From: Candidatus Bathyarchaeota archaeon
GTDB lineage: Archaea; Thermoproteota; Bathyarchaeia; TCS64
DNA: 64,000 nucleotides
Direction of reading: 5' to 3'
Assembly: GCA_963771885.1 (NCBI GenBank)
Contig: CAVYVF010000023.1
Span: forward strand, 224,001-288,000
The notes beneath the pieces were generated by a model. That model was not told where the DNA came from. It saw only the letters and a list, made by a program, of their open reading frames with translations, and ran no database searches. The translations under genes were made by a program, and so were the position numbers. Below are positions 49,640 through 59,747 of the stretch, in pieces; the first letter of the stretch is position 1, and the number at the start of each line of letters is the position of its first letter.

Positions 49640-50161
49640 TTAACTACTTATAACCTGTTTCCGCTTATCCCAGTTTTCCTCAAACGTTCTGAGGTCCTCG
49701 TTGAGTGTATCTACCAGGGCTCCCAGCGTGGACCAGTCACCCGATTTGAGCGCTGCCTTGGCATCGACCATGTCTTGATCGAGCTTGACCAGATGAACTG
49801 CTAATCCCCTGTCATGTTCTAGGACACTGGTCAGAGCTTTCTCCTGGATCTTTTCCACGCGGTCGAAGAGCCCAGCGTAGCCGTAATCAGCCCGGTTAAC
49901 TGCCGCCGCCAGACGATCGATCGTCTGCATGGCCAGCTTGCAGTCTCTACCTATGCCGGCCTGCCCAGCATCGAGTACGCCGAGGTTGACCAGCTCCCAC
50001 TTGTGACGAAGCCTCATGAGCTCCGAGTGATACTTCTCTCGCAGGTTTTTATCGAGGGCTCTGAGGTCCTCCTTCTTCCCGTAGCCCGCCGTCACGAAGT
50101 TCTCGATGTCGTCGAGTAATCCGCTTCGGACGGGTTTCCTCTGCTCATTAGGTCCACTCAT
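49640..50161 (-). CDS. Conserved all-helical protein co-encoded with SPFH gene
   Basis: GYGKKEDLRALDKNLR...ADYGYAGLFD motif; operonic spacing. Confidence 0.65.
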   Translation of the reverse strand: MSGPNEQRKPVRSGLLDDIENFVTAGYGKKEDLRALDKNLREKYHSELMRLRHKWELVNLGVLDAGQAGIGRDCKLAMQTIDRLAAAVNRADYGYAGLFDRVEKIQEKALTSVLEHDRGLAVHLVKLDQDMVDAKAALKSGDWSTLGALVDTLNEDLRTFEENWDKRKQVISS

Positions 50162-50199
50162 AACAATTCACCATCATTAGCTCATCTGTTGTTTTATCA

Positions 50200-51237
50200 T
50201 TATTGAACGGTGATAGAGGTGCTACAGTACTTGCATTGCACCGTCATCTGTCCCCTGTAGACCTCGTCCGTGTAAGGGGCGCCGCATTTCGGGCAGGAGA
50301 TGATCCTTTTTTCGACTTTCCCCGACGCTGTGGGCGTCAGCTTAGCTAGTTCTTCATCGACTTGCCCAGAGGTGATCAGGCCGTGGTACTTCAAGACGCG
50401 ATCCGCCTCCTCGCTCTTGGTGTCAAGCTTGAGTTCCGAGTCTCCCTGCTTGAACTCGATAAAGAGCCCCGCCCCCGCTAGGAGCCCTACCCTCCCCTTC
50501 GTGATTTTACTGATCGATCCTATTGGGCGTTCGAGAATCGGGGTCCTCTCGATCTTCTTCTCCGTGACTATGAAGAGCGTCTTCTTCAAGATGATCTCCT
50601 TCTCCCCCTCGTAGATTATCCTCTGGTTTGTGAGCGTGAGGATCCCCTCCATCTTCGCGTTCATATCCTTGGCGTGGACAGCTACGACCGGGGTCTCGCC
50701 CTCCTTCCACTGGAAGCTAGCAGTGGAAGTGATCTTCACGACCTCTTCGGCGTTTGAGACCCCCTGCTCGAGAGGCGTCAAAATGCTCTCGAGCGGAACC
50801 ATCTCCCAATCAATTCGTGAGCTAAAGTCGTAGACGAGGGTCCTCAGCGTATTTATCCTCAAGTCCAAGCCGGATAACCCAACCAAGTCGTATGACGCCG
50901 AAATCCTGCGGGAGTTGATGTCCCTCTCAAGATTATTCAACTCCATTTTGATGGTTCCCGCCCGGCTGGATGCCTCCGTCTTTACCGACGGCCCTATCTC
51001 CGCCCAACGCTGCGCAGCTGTGCCCTGGTCGCCCTCGAAGTTCGTCTGTATCCGGTAATTCATCTGGCGTACCGCGGCTATCCTAGCCGGCAACTTCGAT
51101 ATTGTGTCGTCTACCCTGTTGATTTTCCCCTCGGTTCCACCTAGCTGCAGCCTGAGACCATTCACTTCGTTGATTAACGTGTTAATTTTCTGTTGATAGA
51201 TATTCTGCCTCGTGTTTTGAGAAGACATCTCATCCAC
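50200..51237 (-). CDS. Coiled-coil + PH-like + zinc-ribbon protein
   Basis: N-terminal heptads; GILTLTNQRIIYE; CPKCGAP...CKYC. Confidence 0.65.
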   Translation of the reverse strand: MDEMSSQNTRQNIYQQKINTLINEVNGLRLQLGGTEGKINRVDDTISKLPARIAAVRQMNYRIQTNFEGDQGTAAQRWAEIGPSVKTEASSRAGTIKMELNNLERDINSRRISASYDLVGLSGLDLRINTLRTLVYDFSSRIDWEMVPLESILTPLEQGVSNAEEVVKITSTASFQWKEGETPVVAVHAKDMNAKMEGILTLTNQRIIYEGEKEIILKKTLFIVTEKKIERTPILERPIGSISKITKGRVGLLAGAGLFIEFKQGDSELKLDTKSEEADRVLKYHGLITSGQVDEELAKLTPTASGKVEKRIISCPKCGAPYTDEVYRGQMTVQCKYCSTSITVQ

Positions 51238-51406
51238 ATCGACATTGATATTTTTAGTTAAATATTTTTGGTCACAGTAATACAGTTCTGCTAAAAAAAT
51301 TCAGGGAATCATTTGTGGGTGATCCATAAGAAAAAGAGAGTAAGCGATTTCTTAAGTGCTTGAAACGATTGAGGATGAGGGTATTCCTTGACAGCAAGGG
51401 CTAGTA

Positions 51407-51643
51407 ATGAACCGAGAGCTGGACCACCGCTAATTATTTCAGTTCTTACGGGAGGCGAAAAAGCCTCTGACCACTAAAGAACTTCAGCAGGAGGTCCATA
51501 AGAGGGTGGAATTCTGCCTCTTCGACAGCGTCGTTGCATTGAACATGATGAGGCTAAGTGGCACGATCAAAGCAGAGCGCAACGAGGATGGGGCATGGGT
51601 ATGGTGGGTTGAGGATAAGGAAGAAGACTCATCACATAATTGA
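51407..51643 (+). pseudogene. Small winged-helix protein with in-frame TAA at 51431
   Basis: MNRELDHR*LFQFLREAKKPLTTKELQQEV...LNMMRLSGTIKAERNEDGAWVWWV; not in ORF track. Confidence 0.55.
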
Positions 51644-51885
51644 ATGAGTTTATTGATTTCATTACGTATTTGTGTCGCGTATTTTGACGAGTTACTTGCG
51701 CGAAAAAGAGATTTGAAACACTCCCCATTATTCAAACTTGGGACAAACAAGAGATGTGAATACGGATTTTTTAATACCATATACTGCGTTGACACGGGAG
51801 ACTTGAAAACACCTCCTTTTCATAGACGCACATAAACACACAAATCAGCCAGATATGGACGTGGAAAACCGAAGTTCCGAGGAAA

Positions 51886-53349
51886 TCAGCGGCTTCCCAT
51901 CTTCTGGAGCATCATCGCCCCAGCTTCACGAACTTTCACAGCCAGCAGGTCAAAGTCCTCCCGCCTGCTCCTATGGTTGACGACGCAGACCCTGAGCGCC
52001 GTCTTCCCCCCGAGCTTCGTGTCGCTTATCACCGCGACTCCCATCCCCATAAGCATCCGCGGTAACCCAGCGTTTAACTCGTTCAGCGCAGCCTCCGGCA
52101 GACCCGTCGCCCTGAACCTGAAGCAGACAACGTTCGACGCAACTGGGGCGAGGAGCTCCAGCTCGGACGTAGCCCTCACCAAACCCGCGAAGTACTGTGC
52201 CTGGTCGCAGTTCTGCTGCACGAGCCGCCCAAACTTGGCCAAGCCATGCTCTTTGAGTCCCATCCACACCTTAAGGCTCCTGAAGTAGCGGCTCACCTGC
52301 AACCCATAGTCGGTCCTCATCTTCATCGTCGCCGCGTTGCCGAAGTAGTCGGGATGCTCCGCGAAGGTTTTGAAATGGTCCTCCTCGCGGCGGATCAGGG
52401 TGCAGGCGACGTCGAAGGGCATGTACATCCACTTGTGAAGGTCGAAGGCGAGTGAATCAGCCCTTTCGATGCCCTTCACGAGCGGCTCAGTCCCATTCGC
52501 TATCTTCGCCCAGGCGCCGAAGGCGCCGTCGACGTGGAGCCAGAGCCCCTCCCTCTGACACACATCAGCGAGCGCATCCAAGTCGTCGAATGCTCCCGTG
52601 TTCGTCGTGCCCGCCGTACCGATGACGAGGAAGGGCTGTAGGCCGGCTGCCTTATCCTTACTGATCTCCGCTTCGAGCAGATCGACCCTCATCCGGTAAT
52701 CATCGTCGACAGGTATCTTCCGGTAGCTATCCTCCCCGAGCCCAAGGAGCTGCACCGCCTTGTCGATGCAGACATGCGTCTCAGTCGAGCCATAGAGAAC
52801 CATCCTCTTCGACGCGGCGGCCTGACCAAGCTTCCTCACGTCGAAGCCCGCCTTCGTGTTCCTCGCCACGGCGATGCCCAGCAGGTTCGCCTCCGATCCG
52901 CCGCCGACGAGCAGCCCGCTCGCGCCTCGGGGGAAGCCGAATACGCCCTTGAACCACTCGAGCACCTGAGTCTCCACTAGCACCGGGGCGAATGGGCCGC
53001 CGGGCATGTTGAAGTTGATCCCCGCTGCGAGCATCTCGGCAAGCGCCCCCTGTGCCGTCCCCGTGCCGACGACCCAGCCCCAGAAACGGGGATGGGTGTT
53101 TAGTCCCCCGTGGGTGTCGAGCACACCGGCCTTGAAGTCCCCATATGCAGCCTCGAGCCCCTCCGCCTCAACGGGCAGGGGTTTCATGAACGCGGCCGCC
53201 GTCTGCTCGTTGACGAACATCGCGGGGGGCCTCTGCCTCACGGACGCGATGTGGTCGACCATGTCGTCGACCATCTTGTGACCTAGTGCCTTCAGCTCGT
53301 CCCAGTTCTCCGGGTCCAGCGACTCCTCTACACGCCGTTCGTCGACCAT
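51886..53349 (-). CDS. PLP-dependent amino-acid decarboxylase (group II, aromatic/glutamate type)
   Basis: HPRFWGW, GTAGTTNTGAFD, WLHVDGAFG, DSLAFDLHKW. Confidence 0.92.
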   Translation of the reverse strand: MVDERRVEESLDPENWDELKALGHKMVDDMVDHIASVRQRPPAMFVNEQTAAAFMKPLPVEAEGLEAAYGDFKAGVLDTHGGLNTHPRFWGWVVGTGTAQGALAEMLAAGINFNMPGGPFAPVLVETQVLEWFKGVFGFPRGASGLLVGGGSEANLLGIAVARNTKAGFDVRKLGQAAASKRMVLYGSTETHVCIDKAVQLLGLGEDSYRKIPVDDDYRMRVDLLEAEISKDKAAGLQPFLVIGTAGTTNTGAFDDLDALADVCQREGLWLHVDGAFGAWAKIANGTEPLVKGIERADSLAFDLHKWMYMPFDVACTLIRREEDHFKTFAEHPDYFGNAATMKMRTDYGLQVSRYFRSLKVWMGLKEHGLAKFGRLVQQNCDQAQYFAGLVRATSELELLAPVASNVVCFRFRATGLPEAALNELNAGLPRMLMGMGVAVISDTKLGGKTALRVCVVNHRSRREDFDLLAVKVREAGAMMLQKMGSR

Positions 53350-53450
53350 GAAATCACGATCGAATCAACGTGTGGGTAATTTATTAATCGATGAGGTTAG
53401 CAGCCGCACCCTGGGGCAATGTGGTTAAAGCCCCGCGGGCAGATCTAACC

Positions 53451-54797
53451 ATGGAACCCACGCAACTCCATTTCCCCAAGGGCTTCTACATCGGGACCGC
53501 AAGCGCCTCCTACCAGATCGAGGGAGCCGTCGCCGAGGACGGCAGGGGGCCTAGCATCTGGGACACCTACAGCCACACACCCGGCAAGATAGAGGACGGC
53601 ACGAACGGCGACATAGCCGACGACCACTACTACAGGTGGCGAGAGGACGTCGAACTCATGCAGGAGCTGGGCGTAAACGCCTACCGCTTCAGCATAAGCT
53701 GGAGCCGCGTCCTCCCCAGGGGCAGGGGCAAGGTAAACAACAAGGGGCTCCAGTTCTACAGCGCTCTCGTCGACGAGCTCCTAGACGCGGGCATCACCCC
53801 ATTCGTCACCCTATACCACTTCGACCTCCCGCAGGCTCTCCAAGACGACGGCGGCGGCTGGCTCAGGCGGGGAATAGTCGACGACTTCGAGGCATACGTC
53901 GACGCCGTCAGCGTCGAGCTGGGCGACCGCGTCAAGCACTGGATGACCATAAACGAGCCTTGGGAGCTCGCCTGGCAGGGCTACGTCACCGGCGAGGACG
54001 CGCCCGGCGTGAAACTTGGTAACAAGGAGGCGCTCAAGGCGAGCCACAACGTCCTCCTCGCCCACGGCGCAGCCGTCAGGACCCTGCGCGAAAACTCACA
54101 GGACGCAAAAGTGGGCATAGTCCTCCACCTAAACATGGTCGAGCCCGCCACCACGCGCCCCGAAGATGTCGCCGCCGCCCACAGGTGGGAGCTCCACCAG
54201 AACAGGTGGTACCTCGACGCCCTCTACCGCGAGGGCTACCCGGCCGAGATGGTCAAGCTCTTCGGCGCCGACGCCCCCGATGTCATCCCAGGCGACATGG
54301 AGCTGATACAGGCGCCAATCGACTTCCTCGGCGTAAACAACTACAGGCGCAGCGTCGTCGCCGAGGGCACAGACCTACCACCAGTCAATATGAAGCGCGT
54401 AAGCCCGCCCGGGGAGTACACGGAGATGGGCTGGGAGGTCCACCCCGAGGGGCTCTACAGGATACTCAAGTGGATCCACACGAACTACCCCGTCTCGAAG
54501 ATCCTCGTGACTGAGAACGGCGCCTCCTTCACCGACACCGTCTCCCCCGACGGGAAGGTGCACGACGAACGCCGCGTCGCATACCTCCGCGAGCACATAA
54601 AGCAAGCACACAGGGCTATGCGCGAGGGCGTGCCCCTCGGAGGCTACTTCGCGTGGAGCACCCTCGACAACTTCGAGTGGGCATACGGCTACAGCCGCCG
54701 CTTCGGCCTCATCCACGTCGACTACAAGACGCAGAAGAGGACGATAAAGGACAGCGGCTACTTCCTCGCCGAGGTCGCCAAGGGCGTCAAACAATGA
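53451..54797 (+). CDS. GH1 beta-glucosidase
   Basis: SASYQIEGA, YRFSISWSR, TLYHFDLP, TINEP, VTENG, DNFEWAYG. Confidence 0.95.
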   Translation: MEPTQLHFPKGFYIGTASASYQIEGAVAEDGRGPSIWDTYSHTPGKIEDGTNGDIADDHYYRWREDVELMQELGVNAYRFSISWSRVLPRGRGKVNNKGLQFYSALVDELLDAGITPFVTLYHFDLPQALQDDGGGWLRRGIVDDFEAYVDAVSVELGDRVKHWMTINEPWELAWQGYVTGEDAPGVKLGNKEALKASHNVLLAHGAAVRTLRENSQDAKVGIVLHLNMVEPATTRPEDVAAAHRWELHQNRWYLDALYREGYPAEMVKLFGADAPDVIPGDMELIQAPIDFLGVNNYRRSVVAEGTDLPPVNMKRVSPPGEYTEMGWEVHPEGLYRILKWIHTNYPVSKILVTENGASFTDTVSPDGKVHDERRVAYLREHIKQAHRAMREGVPLGGYFAWSTLDNFEWAYGYSRRFGLIHVDYKTQKRTIKDSGYFLAEVAKGVKQ

Positions 54798-54844
54798 TCC
54801 AAGGTTTTTAATCGCCAGCCACCCCATCGGTTCCCGACTGCCAA

Positions 54845-56302
54845 ATGGGAGACTGGACCGGGGAGAAGGGGACCGCCGCCAAGTGGGTAGACGACAACGC
54901 CCACGAGATGGCGGAGATGAGCGACAAGATATTCGGCTACGCCGAGCCGGGGCTCCGCGAATACAAGTCATCGAAGCTGCTCATCGAGTACCTGAAGCGG
55001 AACGGCTTCGCCGTCGAGACGGGAGTCAGCGAGATGCCAACGGCCTTCGACGCGACTTGGGGGGAGAAGGGGCCAGTCATCGGCTTCTTCGCCGAGTATG
55101 ACGCGACTCCGGGGCACAGCCAGAAACCCGTCCCTTGGGACGAGCCCGCGGTACCCTACGGCGCAGGGTTCACAGACGCCCACAACATGCTGGGGACCGC
55201 CGCGTGCTTCGCCGCCACAGCATTCAAGGCGGCGCTCGAGCGCCACAGCATACCCGCCAGGATCAAACTCCTCGGCACCCCCGCGGAGAAGCTCTGCGTG
55301 GGCAAGCCATTCATGGCGCGCGACGGACTCTTCGAGGGCATGGACGCCCTCCTCGCCTGGCACCCGGGCGGACCCACAAGCGTCCTCGGCGACGTCTGGC
55401 CCCTCACCTACATGAGCATGGTCTTCGAGTTCAAGGTCGAGTCCGCCTCAGGCGGACAGAGCGGCGACGTCAGCTACCCGGGTGCCCTCGACGCCGCGAT
55501 GCTCATGTACAACAACGTCAACACGATGAAGGAGCACATGCCCGCCCTCATGCGCCGCGGAGGCAGCATAAACGAGTTCATTATGACCGGCGGACAGTGC
55601 ACCGTCTCCACCCCCGAGTTCAGCCAGCTCGTCTACGCGTGGAGGACCGAGAACCTCCCAGACCAGGACGCGATCAGGAAGGTGATAGAGCGCTGCGCAC
55701 AGGGAGCCGCCATCGCCGCCGACTGCAAGGTCGAGCCACGCATCATCACCGCCGTAAGGACTGGGCTACCCAACACGACGATGACCAACCTCGTCATGGC
55801 GAACCTCACCGAGCACGGCCCGCCCAGGTACACGGAGGAGGACAAGGCATTCGCACGCGAGATACAGCGGAACCTCGGCCAGAAGGAGACGGAGCAGCCC
55901 TACGACGTCACCATCGTACCGCCTGAGAAGGCGTACGGCGCCTTCCACCCAGCCGACGACGTCAACGAGTTCACATGGCACGCCCCAACGGCGCGCCTCT
56001 ACGTGAGCAAAGCGATGATACGGGGCTTCAGGTACCCGCGCTGGGTCGAGTCCGCCCTCTGCGGCATGGGAGCCACACATCGCATGGGCGAGACAGCCGC
56101 CAAGGTACTAGCCGCGAGCGCCATCGACCTCGTCAAGAAGCCCGAGTCACTGAAGACGGCGAAGGCAGAGTTCGACAGGAGACGCGCCGAGCACTGGGAG
56201 AAACCCCTCATGCCCCAGGGAGTCAAACCCCCAGTCGGCCTCCGCTGGCCCGAATGGGTCGACCGCCCCGGCTCCGAGTGGTGGATACCACCCCCCAGCT
56301 AA
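54845..56302 (+). CDS. M20 amidohydrolase (AbgB-like)
   Basis: AEPGLREYKSS, AEYDA, HNMLG, GTPAEK, WHPG. Confidence 0.85.
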   Translation: MGDWTGEKGTAAKWVDDNAHEMAEMSDKIFGYAEPGLREYKSSKLLIEYLKRNGFAVETGVSEMPTAFDATWGEKGPVIGFFAEYDATPGHSQKPVPWDEPAVPYGAGFTDAHNMLGTAACFAATAFKAALERHSIPARIKLLGTPAEKLCVGKPFMARDGLFEGMDALLAWHPGGPTSVLGDVWPLTYMSMVFEFKVESASGGQSGDVSYPGALDAAMLMYNNVNTMKEHMPALMRRGGSINEFIMTGGQCTVSTPEFSQLVYAWRTENLPDQDAIRKVIERCAQGAAIAADCKVEPRIITAVRTGLPNTTMTNLVMANLTEHGPPRYTEEDKAFAREIQRNLGQKETEQPYDVTIVPPEKAYGAFHPADDVNEFTWHAPTARLYVSKAMIRGFRYPRWVESALCGMGATHRMGETAAKVLAASAIDLVKKPESLKTAKAEFDRRRAEHWEKPLMPQGVKPPVGLRWPEWVDRPGSEWWIPPPS

Positions 56303-56355
56303 ATTCGGGTCGATGCTTATTTCCGCGGAGCCCCACACCCTCAGTTGGGGGCGCT

Positions 56356-57951
56356 ATGTATCCCGATCTCGTTCTGGTAAACGCGAATGTTGTGACGCTT
56401 GACGCCGCCAAGCCGCGCGCCGAGGCTGTGACGGTCATGTTCGGCAGGATCGCGCAGGTAGGCACCACCAAGGATGTTGAGAAGACCATCAGTACCAAAA
56501 CAAAGGTGCTCGACCTCGGAGGCAAGACAGTCCTGCCCGGCTTCATCGACACCCACGTCCATCTAGACGACTTCGGCCTGACGCTACGCACAATCAACAT
56601 GGAGGGCGCCACATCCATCGCCGAGGTGCAGAGGATCCTCGCAGAGAGGGTGAAGAAGACGTCCAAAGGCGAGTGGGTCATGGGGCGCGGATGGAATGAG
56701 AACCTCCTCAAGGAGAGGCGCTTCCTCACCCGCTGGGACATCGACGACGTGTCGCCGAACAATCCCGTCTATCTCCACCACTACTCCTGTCACGCTACAC
56801 TCCTCAACAGCAGGGGGCTCGAGGCATCGCACATCGACAGGAACACGAAGGAGCCCGCAGGAGGCTGGATCATCAAAGACGAGAGGGGCGAGCCGACGGG
56901 CTTCCTCCGCTCCAACGCGCGCTTCATGGGCCCCGTCGGACTCAACGGCGTCCGCCCCCGCCCAGACCTCGCCACACTAAGGGAGGCAATACTCATCGGC
57001 GTAAACGAGGCGATCAAGTACGGCCTTACCGCGATACACGTCCCATACGCCGACCACGACGAGATCAAGGTCACACAGGAGCTCTCCGCCGAGGGGAAAA
57101 TCCCCCTACGCATCAACCTCCTCCCAAAGGTCGAGCTACTCGACAACGTCCTAAAGCTAGGCATAAACTCGGGGCTCGGCGACGAGATGCTCAGACTCGG
57201 AGCAATCAAGATATTCAGCGACGGCTCCCTCATCGCGAGGACCGCAGCCGTCAAAGAGCACTTCGATGGCGAGCCCGAGAACAAGGGGATACTGAACAAC
57301 CGCGAGGTCTTCGAGATCCAGATAATGCAGGCCCACAAAGCGGGTATGCAGATCGCCGTCCACGCCGTCGGCGACAGGGCGATCGAGGCCGTCCTCGACG
57401 CCTATGAAGCAGCACTTAAGGAAACGCCCCGAGCCGACCACAGGCACAGGATAGAGCACGCGAGCATCGCCGACAAGGACCTCCGAGACAGGGCGAGAAA
57501 ACTCGGCGTCGTCGTCTCCACTCAACCCGAACTCGTCACCCGCAACGGTGACGGCTTCATCGCCTCCCTCGGCGACGAGAGGATGGAGTACACTTACCCG
57601 ATCAGGTCAATGCTCGACGAGGGCGTAATGGTCGCTGGGAGCAGCGACTGCCCCCTCACATACCCCAACCCACTCAAGGGCATCTGGTCGGCCACGACAC
57701 GTGCATCCGAAGTGACGGGGAATCCCATCACGCCCAAGCAGCGCGTAACCATGGACCAGGCTATCCGCATGTACACGACCAACGCAGCCTACATCGGCTT
57801 CGACGAAAAGAGGAAGGGCACTATCGAGGAGGGAAAGCTCGCCGACTTCACCGTCCTCAGCGGCGACCCCTATGCGGTCGGCCCCGATAAGGTGAGGGAC
57901 CTCAAAGTCGAGATGACCATCGTCGGCGGAAAAGTCGTCTACAAGCGTTAG
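56356..57951 (+). CDS. Amidohydrolase 3 (YtcJ-like)
   Basis: PGFIDTHVH, KIFSDGS, HAVGDRA, RIEHAS, GSSDCP, GKLADF. Confidence 0.92.
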   Translation: MYPDLVLVNANVVTLDAAKPRAEAVTVMFGRIAQVGTTKDVEKTISTKTKVLDLGGKTVLPGFIDTHVHLDDFGLTLRTINMEGATSIAEVQRILAERVKKTSKGEWVMGRGWNENLLKERRFLTRWDIDDVSPNNPVYLHHYSCHATLLNSRGLEASHIDRNTKEPAGGWIIKDERGEPTGFLRSNARFMGPVGLNGVRPRPDLATLREAILIGVNEAIKYGLTAIHVPYADHDEIKVTQELSAEGKIPLRINLLPKVELLDNVLKLGINSGLGDEMLRLGAIKIFSDGSLIARTAAVKEHFDGEPENKGILNNREVFEIQIMQAHKAGMQIAVHAVGDRAIEAVLDAYEAALKETPRADHRHRIEHASIADKDLRDRARKLGVVVSTQPELVTRNGDGFIASLGDERMEYTYPIRSMLDEGVMVAGSSDCPLTYPNPLKGIWSATTRASEVTGNPITPKQRVTMDQAIRMYTTNAAYIGFDEKRKGTIEEGKLADFTVLSGDPYAVGPDKVRDLKVEMTIVGGKVVYKR

Positions 57952-57993
57952 CCTACCAACGGTTTAATTCCCCCCGAATCCCCCTATGCGGGA

Positions 57994-58974
57994 GTGGCTC
58001 AGATGCAGGTAGCCGACGGCGTCCACCAGTTCAAGATTCCAATGAGGCACAACCCCCTCGGATACACATACTCATACTTCCTCAAGGAGGCGAAGACGCT
58101 CATCGACGCCGGCATACCCTCAAGGGACTCACTCGCCGCCCTCGAGAAGCAGCTAGGGGAACAGGGCACCCGAGTCAAAGACCTCGAGCGGATAATCATC
58201 ACCCACATGCACAACGACCACGTCGGCCTCATAGAGTACATCAGGGAGAGCGCCAATGTCGAGACCGTCGCCCACAGGATAGCCGAGGAACACCAGCAAG
58301 CCCAAATCAGGTGGTACAAAGACATGTACAGAAACATCTCCGAGGAGCTCCAACTCCTAGGCGGTGGCTCCTTCCAACAGTTCCTCAGCCGCTTCGAACA
58401 CGCCTTCAGGGAGGACCCCAAGCCCCTCAAACTCAACACGCTCATCGAGGACGACGCGGTCATCGACCTCCCCGGCGCCAAGCTAAGGGTGATCTGGACA
58501 CCTGGACACGCAGCCGAGCACATTTGCCTCCACGACGCTGAGAAGCAGATACTCTTCAGCGGCGACCACGTCCTCCCCAAGATCACAAGCCACGTCAGCG
58601 AACACACCTGGGAGAAACGCGACCCACTCGGAGACTACCTCGCCAGCCTCGTCAAGGTCCGCGACCTCCCCGTCAACCTCATCCTCCCAGGACACGAGAC
58701 AAGCTTCACAAACCTCCCCGACCGCATCACGCAGCTCTTCAAACACCACGAAGCCCGCCTAGAAGAGGTAAGATCCGCGTTGAAGAACGGTAAGAGCACC
58801 GTCTTCGAGGTAGCAAGCGTGATCCACTGGGACAGCCGCCCATGGCTAGTAATGGACTTCTGGACGAAGCGCATGGCCGCGACCGAGACCTACGCACACC
58901 TCATATACCTTCGGAACAAGGGCGAGATAACCGAAAAGACGGTCGACGATACACTGTACTACACTCTGGCTTAA
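57994..58974 (+). CDS. MBL-fold metallo-hydrolase with C-terminal wHTH
   Basis: THMHNDHVG, TPGHAAEH, SGDHVL, LPGH. Confidence 0.9.
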   Translation: MAQMQVADGVHQFKIPMRHNPLGYTYSYFLKEAKTLIDAGIPSRDSLAALEKQLGEQGTRVKDLERIIITHMHNDHVGLIEYIRESANVETVAHRIAEEHQQAQIRWYKDMYRNISEELQLLGGGSFQQFLSRFEHAFREDPKPLKLNTLIEDDAVIDLPGAKLRVIWTPGHAAEHICLHDAEKQILFSGDHVLPKITSHVSEHTWEKRDPLGDYLASLVKVRDLPVNLILPGHETSFTNLPDRITQLFKHHEARLEEVRSALKNGKSTVFEVASVIHWDSRPWLVMDFWTKRMAATETYAHLIYLRNKGEITEKTVDDTLYYTLA

Positions 58975-59630
58975 CGCCAGACCTTGACGCCCTTCTCGAC
59001 CAGGTACTGAGCAGCAAGGTCCGCGATGTCAGGCGCCTTAAAGGGAATACGCATCTCCTTGATCTGCTCGAGCAGATCACGGTACGTGATCTCCTCACGC
59101 CCCCTCTTGACGTACTGATCCATGATGGTCTGAGCAACCTCCTCCGCAACCCTATACTTAGGACTGAGAGTCCTATAGTGGTGACGCAACGCAGCAGCGA
59201 TCTCGTCGCCACTCGCACTGCTAAGAGCCCAGACAGTGGGGCGTGGACCACCCTTACTCGACTGAACCTTCGACACCTTCAACGCGGGACTGATAAGTCC
59301 GACGGCCCTAAGCCTCTTAAGAGTCCTGTAAACAGTCGCCTCAGGCTGATTAAGCTCAGTCTGCAGCACCCACGCCGTACCCGCTCCATGAAGGCAAAAG
59401 TAAAGGAACGTCTCAGCAACGGCCGGAGAACTGAATATATTCTCGCTAAAGTTAAGGAGCTCCTGAATATTCTTGAGGGTAGTAGCTAGGTCATTCTTCT
59501 CATTGAGAAGGAGCAGCTGACGGAAGATCTGGGTGTATTTGACGAAATTACTCTCGTCTGGCCGCGACCTGATAACCGATCGACTTTTATCGAGGTTTAA
59601 CGCATCTCTCAAGGGCACAACTCGAGCCAT
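58971..59630 (-). CDS. Winged-helix DNA-binding protein
   Basis: TAWVLQTELNQPEATVYRTLKRLRAVGLI...GGPRPTVW. Confidence 0.7.
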   Translation of the reverse strand: MARVVPLRDALNLDKSRSVIRSRPDESNFVKYTQIFRQLLLLNEKNDLATTLKNIQELLNFSENIFSSPAVAETFLYFCLHGAGTAWVLQTELNQPEATVYRTLKRLRAVGLISPALKVSKVQSSKGGPRPTVWALSSASGDEIAAALRHHYRTLSPKYRVAEEVAQTIMDQYVKRGREEITYRDLLEQIKEMRIPFKAPDIADLAAQYLVEKGVKVWR

Positions 59631-59692
59631 AGTGTCGTCACATAACCTAGCCTTTCGTCGGCGAAAGAAAAACGGACGCGATAAGCTTATAA

Positions 59693-59730
59693 GATTACTT
59701 GTTAACAAGTAAACATGTAAACAAGTAATC
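59693..59730. promoter_or_regulatory. Tandem 8-bp box array / palindromic operator
   Basis: GA TTACTTGT TAACAAGT AAACATGT AAACAAGT AATC; ends are inverted repeats; directly after TATA-like TTATAAG. Confidence 0.7.
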
Positions 59731-59747
59731 AGGTCGCACCGTAAACA

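Noticed and set aside
55975..56355. N-terminal extension of the 658-aa ORF
   Set aside because: Overlaps the upstream amidohydrolase gene; homologous sequence starts at MYPDLVL (56356).
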